Of a DNA stretch of 64,000 nucleotides, positions 1 through 13,382 are shown piece by piece. The DNA is taken from NCBI RefSeq assembly GCF_021028975.2, contig NC_059437.1, positions 33,914,001 to 33,978,000 of the forward strand, written 5' to 3'. The notes beneath the pieces are model-generated. The model was not told the origin of the DNA. It made no database searches and saw only the letters and a list, made by a program, of their open reading frames with translations. This DNA is from Sphaerodactylus townsendi. Its lineage: Eukaryota. Position 1 is the first letter of the stretch; the number at the start of each line of letters is the position of its first letter. The translations under genes and the position numbers were made by a program.

Positions 1-3000
1 ATTTGTCTCTGTGATCCTGTGTGTAAGTCAAACTAGTCCAAACTTGTAGGAGCAACTGTGGTGATTGTGTCAGATGGTGCTTTTTGAGGATGAAGGTGAC
101 AGCCATCTGCCTCACTTCTGCCACCATGCCTGGGGGCATCTAATTTTCTTGCCTCCACAGGCCTCTTTAAAAACAGGGCAGCAACCTGTGCATGCCCAAC
201 ATTCCCAGTAAAGCTTCTTGTACTCTTGTGAGATTCATTTGTCTCTATAGAAGCCAGCCGCCTTCCTTGGCAACAGGCAGACAAAAAATGGTACCGTCTT
301 CGGAGAAAAAGGAATCTTGTGAAAGTTTGGAAAGCCACACAGGGCATTCAAAAGTTGCCTGCCAAACCACATTTAAATATGTCTGAGGGAGTAAGAAGGC
401 AAGAAGAATTGCTGCTTGGGCTTCTGAGTGAGAGTAGCATCTGGCCAGCTACAAAGAGAACCTATTAATTAAACTGGTCCTCTATTTCTTTTTTATGAAA
501 AATGGGATCAGTTCTGAATGGAAAGGAATAGATCAACACAGAACCAACATGCTAATGCAGACATTTTACTTCATAATTGACACGAATTGACAGCGTAGGC
601 GCAATTGAGCATACACAGAGTGCGGCAATAACTACTGGAGCCAGGGAGTTCACTCAAAGAAAGGATGTATTGGCACTGGTACTATATACAGTTTAAACGG
701 ACAGAGCCTTCGGCTTAGGTCCTGTCCCCAGCCAGGAACATGCTTAACTGAGTTTGCTTACTTATATACACTATGATACATTAATTAGCCTATGGCTAGT
801 ACAGTCAAAGGCAGGGGTCCCCAAACTACGGCCCAGGGGCCAAATGTGGCCCCCTGAAGGCATTTATCCGGCCCGCCAGGCATGGCGGCAATGGCTCCAT
901 TCATGTGCAGTGGGGGCTCGAGGGAGAGGAGGAACCGGCCCCAACGGTTGTTGATTGCAATTACATGATGGCACCCCCAAATCTCCATGAATTTTCTGAC
1001 CCAGAGTTGGAAACCTTACACGTGGCAACGCCTGCTCCGCACTTCCCTCTCGGCTACTCCATGTGTTGCTCTCAGGCTTTCTGTTCCGCCTCACTCCCAT
1101 TGGCATCAGCCAGGCTGGTGAATCGCTCGCTGGCTGCTAGGGAGGAAGAACCCAGGAAGATACCTAATCCTGGGATAGGTGGAATGCTTCATTGGGAAAG
1201 TTCTGCTTTTTTTTTTTTACAGGGGAAGGTATTCCACAGCCTCCCCAACAATATTTGGAGCCCACCCTGTACTTGACATACTTTGGTCACTGTTCTAAAA
1301 ATAGACCATGACAGAAAGGCTGAAAGGTGAAATCAAACATTTTACAGTCATTTGTGCATAGGAATTTGTTCATAGTTTTTTTTAGTCCGGCCCTCCAACA
1401 GTCTGAGGGACAGTGAACTGGCCCCCTGTTTAAAAAGTTTGGGGACCCCTGGTCAAAGGTCACATGACTCTTATACAGGTAGCAGATGCAATCATGCCCT
1501 TTGGCTGACTGCTAACAGGTTACTGCTGTCAGTCCTTCAGCAGGCAATTAAGGCAATCAAGGGTTTTGCCATGCAGCTGTTATACTTTCAGCTCCTGACA
1601 ATAATGGTCAGTGTCACCTGAAAAGTGACCTTCTATGGACTTGAGAAGGCAGCGTGGTAGAGGAATTCTGTCTTGTCATAGGTGGCTAAACATCTTTTTC
1701 AAAAACATCCGAAAACAAGTGATGGTGATCTGCAACCTCAGTTTGGAGCTGCAAATTCCTCCCAAGGCATCCTGTGGTGATCTCACCACATGCTCACTGG
1801 AATCACTCTAGTATCATATTAGGTTTGCCATTGAGATTTTCCCCTTTGTATGCCTGATTATGATACTTTTTGGATCAAACAGAGCACCATAATTGACCAC
1901 ATTGGCCGAAGGATTCTGCTGTGGGGAGGCTATGGAATGATGGCTTTGGTTATGGCCTTTCTCATAATTACTCTCTCTCTTCAGGTAAGTACCTACCTGT
2001 GCTATTTTCCTAAACAGTTACAGTTCCCAATTTGGTCTATGATTTGCTATGAACTCCTGACCACCACCACCCAAAGCTCTCTCATGTTTCCACGGCTGAT
2101 AGGTCCCATTGCTGTCTGTGTCTGAGACTGCCAACAGCCACACATGGCAGCAGAGGCAGAGCTTCCACAAGGACATATGTGGTCATATGTCCCCGTGTGG
2201 CTGCCATTCGGTCACATGGGGGGTGGAAAATCACCCCCACACTCCCCTTCTCCTCCCCCTGAGTCCTGTCCCACGTTAGGGCCAACGCCCCCCTCGACTC
2301 TTCCTGGCCCCCCATCCCAGCCTGGCAGATGCACACCTACCTGGGACCAGAGGAGGGCAAGGGAACAGCACCAGCAGCCCGTAGTGGCCCTGCGACAGCA
2401 CTCAGCAGATCCTTGGCAAGCGTGAGAGCTGAGTCCCGCCCTCTGATGCCAGCACCCCCCATGATCCACAAGCCAGTTCAACAAAAATTATCTTGGTGCA
2501 CACCCTTATTCTGCACTGACTGAGCCTTCCCTCCCTCCCCCACCCGCCACCACCCTGCCTCTCCACCTCATCCCACCTTCAGCATCTATTACTGAAGCTC
2601 TTTGTCTGACAGATGAATTCTAATGAAAGCAGATTTTCTGAAGGGTTCTGTGGCTATCATGCCTTGGATGACTGTAGTCAAAATAAATATATACCCGGTA
2701 TATATCATGCCTTGGATAAACTGAAACTATATCATGGTGACAGCAGAATTCAGTTCACAGTGGACCCCAGACAACGTCTGGTCACCTAACTCAGCTGAAT
2801 TCTTCTACTCAAGTCACAACTCAGCAAGACAAATCTTGCTCTCTAAATGTTATTGAGATGAATGTAGAGATGTCACAATCCTTCTAAATATAATTTTCCC
2901 TTCCTGTGTACTTTCTTCCAGGATAAGTTCCCTTGGATGTCCTACGGCAGCATCATCCTCATCTTCTTGTTTGTCTTCTCTTATGGACTTGGTCCATGTG

Positions 3001-4631
3001 AGTAAATTATCATGGGGCAATAGGAAGTGAACAAAGGGTGATTTCACAAACTGCTTGGTGGCTTCTTAGAGTTGGCTACAGCAAAGATTTAGGGAGGCCC
3101 CGTTCTCTCAGAAAGCCCATGCGGAGGCAGGGAACAGCGAACCACCTCTAAATACCTGTTGCCTTGAAGAGCCTATAGCAGGGGTAGGGAACCTGCGGCT
3201 CTCCAGATGTTCAGGAACTACAATTCCCATCAGCCCCTACCAGCATGGCCAATTGGCCATGCTGACAGAGGCTGATGGGAATTGTAGTTCCTGAACATCT
3301 GGAGAGCCGCAGGTTCCCTACCCCTGGCCTATAGGATCACCATACATCAGCTGTGATTTGACGGCACACGCACACACTGGATGGCTCAAGTGCACTGTTT
3401 CTGTTGATGTTAAAGTTTTGCTGAAAGACCTTGTGTGATCAGAAAGAAACAAAGACTCTTCTTTACCTGTGAAAACCACACTATGTATGGGTTCAGTTCT
3501 CATTTAGCATTGTCCTGAAGGGCTGTCTTCTTTGATCAGGCCTGATGAATATGTCACTGAGCTGTGATTAGCCCGCTAGATAGCATGCTTCCACTGTGAG
3601 TTGCAGAAATAGCATTTTTGGTGGAAGGACAGAGATGAATCTTTTCCTTCATAGTTTTCTTTGTTTATTTTTGTTTTAAAGAAGTGAGGGGCTAACATTC
3701 CCAGGGCTCTTATTTTCTGTCACCATGTCCTTTTCAGGTGGTGGTGTCATCTCTGTCATGGTAGAGATTTTCAACCAGTCAGCAAGATCATCAGCATTTG
3801 TCATTGTGGGTACCACCAGCTGGATGTGCCTTATTGTAGTTGGGATGGGTTTCCCCTTTGTTGTGGTAAGTCATCTTCCACTATGTTCAAATGGGAGGGA
3901 GAAGCATAATTACTGATTCTGCCCAGCGGTGTTTATTGTATTCACACTGCATGGCAGAAACAAAGTGACCCAACAATCATCCAAGCCAGACTGTCTGATG
4001 AAATCATTGCTATGTTGCCTGCTCATCAAGGAAAAACTCAGTGAAACCATTGATTTGAGATGACCATGCTTTTGTTTGGATTTTATAGTTTTTTAGGAAG
4101 TGTGCAATATGATTATCCATATGACGTTTGTTAAATTGTTTGATGCTTTATTTGTCTCCCTTGGCACACAAACAATTTTTTATACTTCAAAACTGACATT
4201 CCTGAGGCTGATGTGTGTGTGTGATCAGGGAAAATAAGTTGGGTTTTGGGAAACCCAAAGTTCTCCAGTGAACAAATATATCATGTATTTTGGTCTTATG
4301 AATTCCAGAAGTCCCTAAGAAGTCCTGATCTCTCCAGAACAGAGTGTATATAGTCTCTATTATTTTGAGAGATTTAGAAGGCAATTTAATTTGTATCGTT
4401 GTTGTGTGTTTTTCCTCTCAGGAGATCCTCGGTCCTCTCTGCTTCCTTATATTTTTGTTCGTGCTCATTGGGATAGTGATTTTTGTTTACATCTTTGTTC
4501 CTGAGACAAAGGGAAGATCAATTGCAGACATCACAGAAGAACTAGGCAGGATACAGTTTGGAAAGATATTCCTACTGACTGCTTCAAGAAAGAATCTCAT
4601 CAGAAACCCTGGTCTCTGTACCGAGTTATGA
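1..4631 (+). CDS. Class II facilitative sugar/urate transporter, SLC2A11-like paralog A; 3' part only (5' exons lie upstream of the window)
   Basis: Exons <1-22 (..FVSVILC|gtaagt), 1883-1984, 2922-2997, 3738-3865 and 4422-4631 (stop). All boundaries are GT-AG and phase-consistent. Internal sizes 102/76/128 equal those of paralog B. Motifs DHIGRR, YGLGP and PETKG; ends CTEL*. Confidence 0.92.
812..1451. mobile_element. Non-autonomous hAT (Charlie/OC1-like) DNA transposon
   Basis: Terminal inverted repeats (TIRs) CAGGGGTCCCCAAACT...AGTTTGGGGACCCCTG with a perfect 8-bp target-site duplication (TSD) GTCAAAGG at 804-811 and 1452-1459. Confidence 0.88.
3179..3326. mobile_element. 148-bp palindromic hAT MITE
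   Basis: Almost fully self-complementary (CAGGGGTAGGGAACC...GGTTCCCTACCCCTG); 8-bp TSD GCCTATAG on both sides. Confidence 0.93.
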
Positions 4632-7248
4632 TAGGTCAGCAGGTTTAGAAACTAGTTCTCTACCTGAATGAAATGGACTGTTATTGAAGAAACCTTGTCT
4701 TGGAAAGTGTGCAGGTAGCCTGGGTTTTCAGTCGTCATGCTCACGTTTCATACCCAGGGACTTTAGTTTATTGCAATTCAAATTCCTCTAAGCGCACAAG
4801 GTGAGTTGTACATTTGGATTAATGTTGTCTAGCAATGCAAGAGGCACCAGTTTGCATGAAACAGAGCTTCCGATGCTTGACAGGATGGTTTGCCATAACT
4901 GCAGTAAAGCACAATGATGGACTAGAAAGAGAAACTGATCTCTTGGGGCATGGACAGGTAAGGAAACCAAGGTCTATGAAGAGAAGCCAGAAGAAGGCTT
5001 TGGCTTGGGACACAGGAGGTTGAGAATGTTTCCATCTTTTAAAACCAGGATTAGAAACTTGCTCTGGGATGTAAATTAACATGCATCCACAATGCTGTGC
5101 TGAAAACAATATTATGTCCGGTTGTTACAATCCAGTCATGGGGAGAGCAATGTGCAGTGGTGGCTTGTCTGGAGAAGAAATGTCTTGCCCTTAATGTATG
5201 GAAATGGGCAGTTGAAGCTTTTCATAGCTGGGCATAAATAATATCACCTGTTCAATCACATCCATTAACCCTCTAAGGGAATGGGAAATTCTTTTTTTCC
5301 AGATTGTTGGCAACCCTAAAGAAAAGTATGTGTGTTGTGTGTTTAAGGGCCATCAAGTCACTTCCAACTCATGGCAACCCTGTGAATCAATATCCTCCAA
5401 AACCTCCTTTCGTTAACATCCCCTAAATCGCCATCTGGCAAATGCTTACTCAGTCTTCTTTAAAGTATTTCCAAGGTCAATAGAATTGTTGTGAAATAGT
5501 GCCAAAAATTTCTAGGTACTAACAATTCCAGGAATTAAATAAGTGGACTAAAGTTAAAGTCAACAACTTTTGTATGTATGCAAATTTATAAATTAAGCTC
5601 CTGCTAACAATCAAGAATGAAAGAATCCCCCCATATTCCATGCTGCATTATTGTTTGAAGTTTGGCACATACAGACAGTTGAAAGGAAGAGGGTGGATAT
5701 TATCTCTGTATTAAGAAACAACAGTTTATAATTCAGAAGAGACAGGAAAGAGGCAAGCAGACACTGCTGTGAATTGGCTGAAGCACCCTGGAAGTGCAGG
5801 ATCTCTCTCTGGGGGATAATATGTGGAGTAGCATCTTTACTGTCCTGCAGGAGTGCTTCTGTGCCTCCACCTGTGCTATACCTGTATATTTGCAAATAAA
5901 GTTAAAACATCCAAAATGTTGTGCATGTCCAGTGTTTTCTTCTCTGAAGGGAACTATCTCACCAATTGAGGAGACATAATGGTCACTTTTATATATGTGA
6001 AGCAACATACAAAAATAAAAGGGAATGGAGACAAATAAATGAATGCAAAACAAATCAATGCAATGCAAATCTAAAAAACTGTAAAAGCAGACAGCAATAT
6101 ATCTTCTAGATTAATACTTCCATACTTGCATACTAAATTCAGGGGCTGATTTTCATGCATTTATTAGCTCTCTAGACCAGTCTGAAAGGGGAAAAGGTAT
6201 ACTAGTGTATCAGCCTAAGGCTTTCTCTAGCCAACCAGTTCCGCATAAAGATCTTTGGGCACTTTGACATCACTGGTATGTGACAGTGTCCAGATGCCCT
6301 ACACAATACTCCACCAAACTACTATGAATATAAGGAGGGCCAGATCTGTACAATGCAAGCCATGGGTATAATGGCTTTGAATATTTCTATGCACATATGG
6401 TGAAACTGGATTTTCATGGCAACATGAGAACTGTAGTTTCCATACACAATACGTTAGTGTTTCTGAACAAGATCTTAGCGTCTGCTGCATCTGACTCCTC
6501 AGGGCACAGATTGCACCCATACTTCCAGCCTGTCAGAAGGTAGCACAGGCAGCAGGCTGTCCAGAGACCTGCTCAGTGCCAATGGCATCCCCAATCCAAT
6601 CACCAACAGATGCCAGGCTGGAGTAGATGAGATTTCCTGAGTCTCCCTGAGTGTGCAGCAGATTCTAGTAAGCTGTTCCAAATAGATTTTAATTTCATTT
6701 TCATGGGATTTTAAAAACCTGAATATTTTTTATCACTTTGGGTTTCTGGGAGTGTGGGGTACATTCTTCTGTCTACCTAGACTAGAGAAAGTTCACAGGT
6801 CATGCCAGCTGATTCTGTGTTTGCAAATGTCAGTCACTGATGCAACAAGAATTAGGGAAAGGGTTCCTGGATCCTTTGTGGTACATAAAGATGGACCAAT
6901 TCCTGATACAACATCATACCCCAAGCAGATTCTGGACTAGCATATCTAACATTGAAATCTCAATTTCCTATTTAGGTGAAGACATTTAGTCTGACATCTG
7001 ATGGGAACTGCCCCACAACCAACCTGCTGTACAACACAGCTCTTTAATGGTCTTACAGAGGCCTAGTTGGGCAAAGCATCATGCACTGCAGTTAAAAGAT
7101 GCTGGATACTCACTTTTGCAGATGGAGTAGGATGCAGTCTAATGAAGTGCAGACTAAATTTGAAAAAGGAGATGACTAATTTATCTATATATTTATTTAA
7201 AATATGTGTTTGCTGCCTTTCTTTACAAAGCACAAAGCAGCTTAAAAC

Positions 7249-7656
7249 CAGTGGTGGGATCCAAAAATTTTAGTAACAGGTTCCCATGGTGGTGGAATTT
7301 AAACTGTGGCGTAGCGCCAACGGGGCTGGGCAGGGCACGACGGGGGTGTGGCTGGACATTCTGGGGGCGGGGCATTCCTAAGCGGGGCTGTGGCAAGGAC
7401 GCAGCCGCTGCGCCGGTCCTTGGGCGGGAAACGAATGCACGCAGGCGCAGGCTGCCATGCACGCCGGTGCACCTCCTGCTAGACTGCTACAAGCTCTGCG
7501 CACTACTGCTGAGGGGAGGGGCGTAACTAAGGCAAAAATCATGTGGCAAAATCACCAATTACCCCCTCTCGGCACACATAACCCCCTCTCGGCACACATA
7601 AATAATTAGTAACCTACTCTTGGGAACCTGTGAGAACCTGCTGGATCCCACCTCTG
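7249..7656. mobile_element. Non-autonomous hAT element (CAGTGGTGGGAT TIR family), inserted into an older LINE-like remnant
   Basis: TIRs CAGTGGTGGGATCCA / TGGATCCCACCTCTG; 8-bp TSD CTTAAAAC at 7241-7248 and 7657-7664; CpG-rich interior. Confidence 0.85.
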
Positions 7657-9109
7657 CTTAAAACGTGGAATAGGTTACATTAAAAACATGAAACCAATTT
7701 AGGGCTGCATTAATTAAAGGAAGTCCTAAATAAAACTGACAGGTGCCTCCTAAAGATTGAAAGGGAGGGGGCCAGGCATACTTCCCAGGGGAGGTCGTTC
7801 CATAATCTTGGGGCTGCCACTGAAAATGCTCTGGTTCATGTACCCATCAAATGAGCTTCGGAGGGCCTCTCTCTGCCATCTTCATTCCAGGGCAGGAAAA
7901 TATGGGAGAAGGGAGTCCTTCAGATATCCCAGTCCCAAGCCATGTAGGGCTTTCAAGGTCAAAACCAACACATTGCATTGGGCTCAGAAACTGATTGGTA
8001 GCCAGTGCAATCTTCTGCTTGGACTACACTTCATCTAAGCAATCACATGCATGTACCCTTGTAAAAACTTGCCCAGTGATTCAGTCATGAAGTAGCAAAC
8101 ATGACTGGCACTAGCTTTTTAATTGTTCACTTATTCATGTCAGTTTCTAAGGGCAGTTTGCTGTCTTTCCTGACCTGAGCCATTGTGCTTGAGGACTCAG
8201 GAATGTTATTTTACCTGTCCTTTCCAGAGACAAAAGGAAAACCAATTGTCAAAATCACAGAAGAATACAAAGTTGTCACTTGGGAGGAAAAACTTACTGC
8301 TGTTTGGAGAAGAGGTTTTCGTGAAGTATTTTTTTTCTACACCAGTTTGTAACATCTGTCAATGTGGAATGGCAACTAGAGTGCTGGAGTAGGCTCAGCT
8401 GAGCCCAACCTCAAATCCACTTGCTTTCAAAGTAGAGTACCCACAGCACAGATGCTCAAAATGGTATTTGGATTCCCTGCATGTCAGCCAGGACATTGCC
8501 TAGACAGTTTTATGCCAGTTCTAACATCCATGATGGTGCGTTCAGAGCTGGAACTGGTAATTATGAGGATTAGCCAAGCTAAATTGTAGCCACGAGAAAC
8601 ACCTTTGTGTGTCCTCAGCACTGAAAGAGTTGTTCCTGGTATCAATGCTGTCCAGTTGAATATGAATCAAGGACCCAGTGCTTTGTTCAAAAGGGGAATT
8701 TTTGTGCAAAGAACTTTAACCATTATAGCCCAACTATTACGACAGAAACTGCCCCTACTTTTTAGGCTGGTCAATGAATTACATGAGACTTCTTGAATGA
8801 GACACTCCCACGAAGGAGACAATACCGTCTTGTTTGAATTACCAGAACCCGAGGGTCATGCAATGGAAATGACAGCAGGTTTAGTCACTGCTTAGACTTA
8901 TGCCTAAAGTCCATTCCTCCACAATTCAGTGACCACTTACACATTAGTAAACATTTTCATGCCAAGAAACCTCACCCACCTATTGGATTGGACTAGATGC
9001 AGCTAGCTGATATACAATTAATCCAATCTTCTTTCAAATGCTGAAAAGAACTGAGTGCGTTGATAAAAAATTAACCTTGATCAGTTTGGTGCCAGGTCAT
9101 TTTTGCCAC

Positions 9110-9696
9110 AAGAGAAGAGGAGTTTGGATTTATACCCCATTTTTCTCTTGTGTAAGGAGTCTCAAAGTGACTTAAAAACTTCTTCCCTTTCTCTTTCCAT
9201 AACAGACACCTTGTGAGATCCAGCAAAGTATAGTGGTTAAGAGCAGCAGGTTTGATTCCCACTCCTCCACATAAACAGCAGACTCTTATCTGGGGAATTG
9301 GATTTGTTTCCCTGTTCCTACACATAAAGGCTGCTGGGTGACCTTGGTCTAGTCACAGTTCTCTCAGAATTCTCTCAGCCCCACTTACCGCACTAGGTGT
9401 CTGCTGGGGGGAGAGGAAGGGAAAGGAGTTTGAAAGCTGCTTTGAGACTCCACACAGGAGTGAAAGGTTGGGTATAAATCCAAACTCTTCTTCTGCTTCT
9501 TGTAGGTGGGGTTGAGAGAGTTCTTAGAGAACTGTGACTAGCACAAGGTCACCCAGCAGACTTCATGTGTAGGAGTGGTGAAACAAATCCAGTTCACCAG
9601 ATAAGAGTTCACCACTCATGTGGAGAAGTGGGGGATCAAACCTGGTTTGCCAGATTAGAAGCTACTGCTCTTAACCACTACACCAGACTGGCTCTC
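9110..9696 (-). mobile_element. tRNA-derived squamate SINE (Squam3-like) interrupted by a second copy of the same family in the opposite orientation (about 9218-9505)
   Basis: A-box-like TGTAGTGGTTAAGAG head on the - strand at about 9669-9683 and on the + strand at about 9229-9243. The tail GGTATAAATCCAAACTC(TTC)n is present in both orientations. Confidence 0.75.
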
Positions 9697-10390
9697 AAGA
9701 GGAGAATAAGAGGAGCATGAAAAGGCAAAACTGGGAGTAGGGCATCCACCTACAGAGGCAGCAACAGATATCTACAGTATGAGCATTAAGCCCTCTGGGG
9801 TTTAGGCAAGAGCAACCAATTTTTCAATGACTATGTAAATTTGTGGTACCTCTGGCTTGGCCCAAGGCTCTTTTGAGAGGAGGAGTCAGAGTACCTTCCT
9901 TGAAGGATGGAGTTCATTAAAACTGTGACTGTCACCTTGGGAAAGCCTCAGATTAGGAGAGTGACAGTTTTCCTCTTTGATTGAAGTTTCACCTGCAGTT
10001 GCCTCTTCCTTGGTCATCAAAACACCAGTGTGGCCTGGTCTCATTTCTAAATCTGAGGTCTTTCTTTTGCCTTTTATATGTTGCCCAGGCAACAACACCA
10101 ACACATGTGACCTGTTATTTCCAACCCGCAGCTCTCTCTTAGTCTCTCAGGGGAAGACCCGGGCCAGTGACAGCTGAGAGCTTTACCGGTGGCACCGTTG
10201 ACTGTGGGTAATGGATCGTCACTGGCTGACCCGACTGATCAGCCTCTCTGGACTTCGCCTGAAGGCAGTTAAAGGACAACCTGTGGAGTAAAAATTAACT
10301 GGGGCACCATGTAGCGGCTTCCGAAATGTGGAGGCAAAGCCAGCTGCATGCAGAGAGCGCCCAGTTGCTGCCCAGGCTCCCTTGCAAAAG

Positions 10391-13346
10391 ATGGGTAGCT
10401 TTCGCTCTGACCTGGTGAGTCCCTCTGGCTTCCTCACTTCCAGGGTGGGGGGAGAGAGATAACTCCTGTGTCTCAGCCAGGAGCCTAATGGGCAGTGCAA
10501 TCCTCTGTAAAGATACACCCATCTAAGCCCATGGATATCAAACTGTTTAACACAGGATTTTCATTCCAGATGTGTAGCCATGTTAGCATGTAGTGGTAAA
10601 TTTAAACAGAAGTTGGGTTAGTGGGCCCATCACTCTCGCTCAGCCTAACCTACCTTGTAGAGGTGTTGTGAGGATAAAAGGGAGAACAGAAAAATGATGT
10701 ACCCACCTTAAGATCTTTGGGCAAAGGGCAGAATAAGAAGCCTGCTAAATAAATATATGACTAACCGTATTTATTTCTTCACAAGCTTTTGTGAGTCAGC
10801 GTTCACTTCATGAGCTGGGTTGCATATACATCCAATTATGCTTTATGCACATATTGCTAGCTTTCCAAGAGCTATAGAACTTCTATTTAATTCAGTATAG
10901 AATTTACTGTTGTTCTGGCTGCTTCCTTGTGGTTTGTCTGTCCCTGCAGTCTTATTATAACACCCTTAAGCATTTCCCTTGTGTGTGCAACAGCATCCTT
11001 ATTAACAGGTTCACCAGATTTGTCATGAGAGGATCCCCATAATCTAGAATATTTTTCTTTATCTGTGAAACACTAGTGAATAGTAATAAGGAAATAGGTA
11101 AGCAACTGAACTAATGGGCTGTATTGGAGGTAGTGTAACCCCCATGCTCAGAATGGGTTGAGCCAGAAAGGGGTGGAGACTCAAAGCAGCAGAAGGCTGC
11201 AGAGCTCATGTAGTTTGGAGGAGACAAGGCTACCAGACTCAGACCTTGATTTCTATAAGCCCTTAACACCTTGGCCCTTTCTGCACTGCGGAAAGGGCGC
11301 CCCTGCACCAGCAGGAATCCTGCCGGTGGAGGGGTGGAGCCGTTCCCACGGGAGCATGCGAGCGGCCCCCGCAGAGGCCCCCGCAGAGTGGTCCCCGTCC
11401 CCCCCACACTCACTGCGTCGTCCTGCTGGACTACTAAGACCCGCCCACGCTGCCCTCCAACCTCCAGGGGTCAGAGGACAGCGAGGGAGGGTCTCAGGGA
11501 TGCAGGATGACGAGTTGAGGGGGGGGGGGACAGGGAAAACAGCGTGTTCCCGGCGGTGCCATTTGCACCGCGCTGGCGGGAACATGCTGTTTTTAAAAAA
11601 CCTCCCTCCAGGAGGGAGGTTTTTGGGGGCAGCCTGACGCCACTCTGGGGGAGGTGGAGGGAAGCCAGGTCGGCGCTGCTGCATTTCAGCAGCGCCGCCT
11701 GTGCGAACGGCGCCTTAGGGACGGCATTTTTGCCGTCCCTAAGGCGTCATATTTGGGCCGTGCGGAAACGGCCCTTGTTAAGGTAACTGCAATGTTGTTG
11801 GGAACTAGTGGGAAGGTAGTTGTTTATTTTTGCTATGTTGTAAATGTTGGAGTTTATTGTTTCAGGGTTTTTTATGTTTGTAATGGGTGAGAGTTCTCCT
11901 GGAAACTTTCATCATGTTGAATCCTGTTCATCAAACCCTTGGAGTCTTCAGGAGCCAACCCACTTGCAAAGAAGAATTGGACTTGGCAGTATCAGTAGAC
12001 TGTAAATATAAGGACTTGAAAATGCAACCTGAACAGGACCTTGAAGTGTGATGTTAAATGTTGATGTTATATGTTAAGAAAGTAAACCATTTTGTTTTTT
12101 TAAATTGTTGTTGCAAACTCATTCTAAGTTCTGCCCCACAGAACCCACAGATAGAGGTTGCAGTAGCATAGCTTATTTTATTTTGTTTTTTATCAGTCAC
12201 TTTTTACATCAACAAATACTTGAACTGTGCAAACATTCCTCTGCAGCTGCACAGTCTCAATTAAAAACAACCCCTGTCTTAGTGAACCTGCAGGAAGGGA
12301 TGGGGCCCTAAATGATACTTTTGACACTTGGAGGAATTATTCTGTTGGAACAGTTCTTTGTGGCACATGGTGACCTGCAGTCCTCTCCTGCTGCTCAAGG
12401 TGATTCACAAAGGAGGTTATGTGATCAGGAGCATCAAAATCTAATTGGGGAAGCTGCTGGATTTTGTTCCCCGCTCTCTCTGAGAATTTCACTCCCATAA
12501 ACAGAAGACCTAAGTACCTATACCATTTGCCTACTCTTGAAGATCAATTTCACTTGCTAGGTGTAATGTTCTACCTTTGGCAATAACAGTGGGAAGACAT
12601 CTAAAAATTCCATATCAACAAAGATTGTGGCCCTTCCGCACAGGCCAATAAACGCAGGCTGGGGACAGGAAAAAAACATGGGGGGGGGGAGACTTTGCAC
12701 AGATCCTGCTCTTACCTCACGTTGTAGCTGCTCACAAGCGAATGGCTGGCAGGGAAGCTCTTTAGTCAGGCATGCTTCCCTGGTTTGTAGAGGTCCCTGC
12801 TAGCAGCTGCGCAGCCACACAGGGTTGCAAGAACAACAGCATGGCTGTGAGGGTCCATGCCAGCCTGCCCACGTGGCTACACAGTGAAGGAAGTCAGGCG
12901 CAATAGCAAACCTGCATTGTGTCCGGGGGTTCCAGTCGCTGCCTGCATGGAGGCATGCAAACAGGAAAACAGGAGAGCAGGTTACTTTATCCCACCTGCA
13001 ACACACTCCCTGTGCTGCGCAGACGTGGCCTATGTGCATGCCATCTAAAATCTGTAGAGTCTGTTGATCATATATTTCTTTGTTGCCTTTTCCAGAATAC
13101 AATTAGGACAAAGTTATTGTCCCTTCTGTGGGACAAAAGGGAGACTCTTTCTGACCAACAGAAAATACTTTTTCTACTGAACAATATCATTGGTTCTATA
13201 ACAGAATCAGTAGCTAAATTCCTCTATCATGTTGTTAAACTGTTCTCCTAAATGAATGGGAATGCTGGGCTATATTTTCCCATCTGGCTGTAGTTCTTTT
13301 TATATTTATGTCTGCTGATATGCCAATAAAGGTTTGATGATTATGA

Positions 13347-13382
<36 letters not shown>

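Noticed and set aside
11111-11890. Cluster of overlapping 78-159 aa ORFs
   Set aside because: They coincide with the GC-rich Harbinger-like element and have no transposase motifs.
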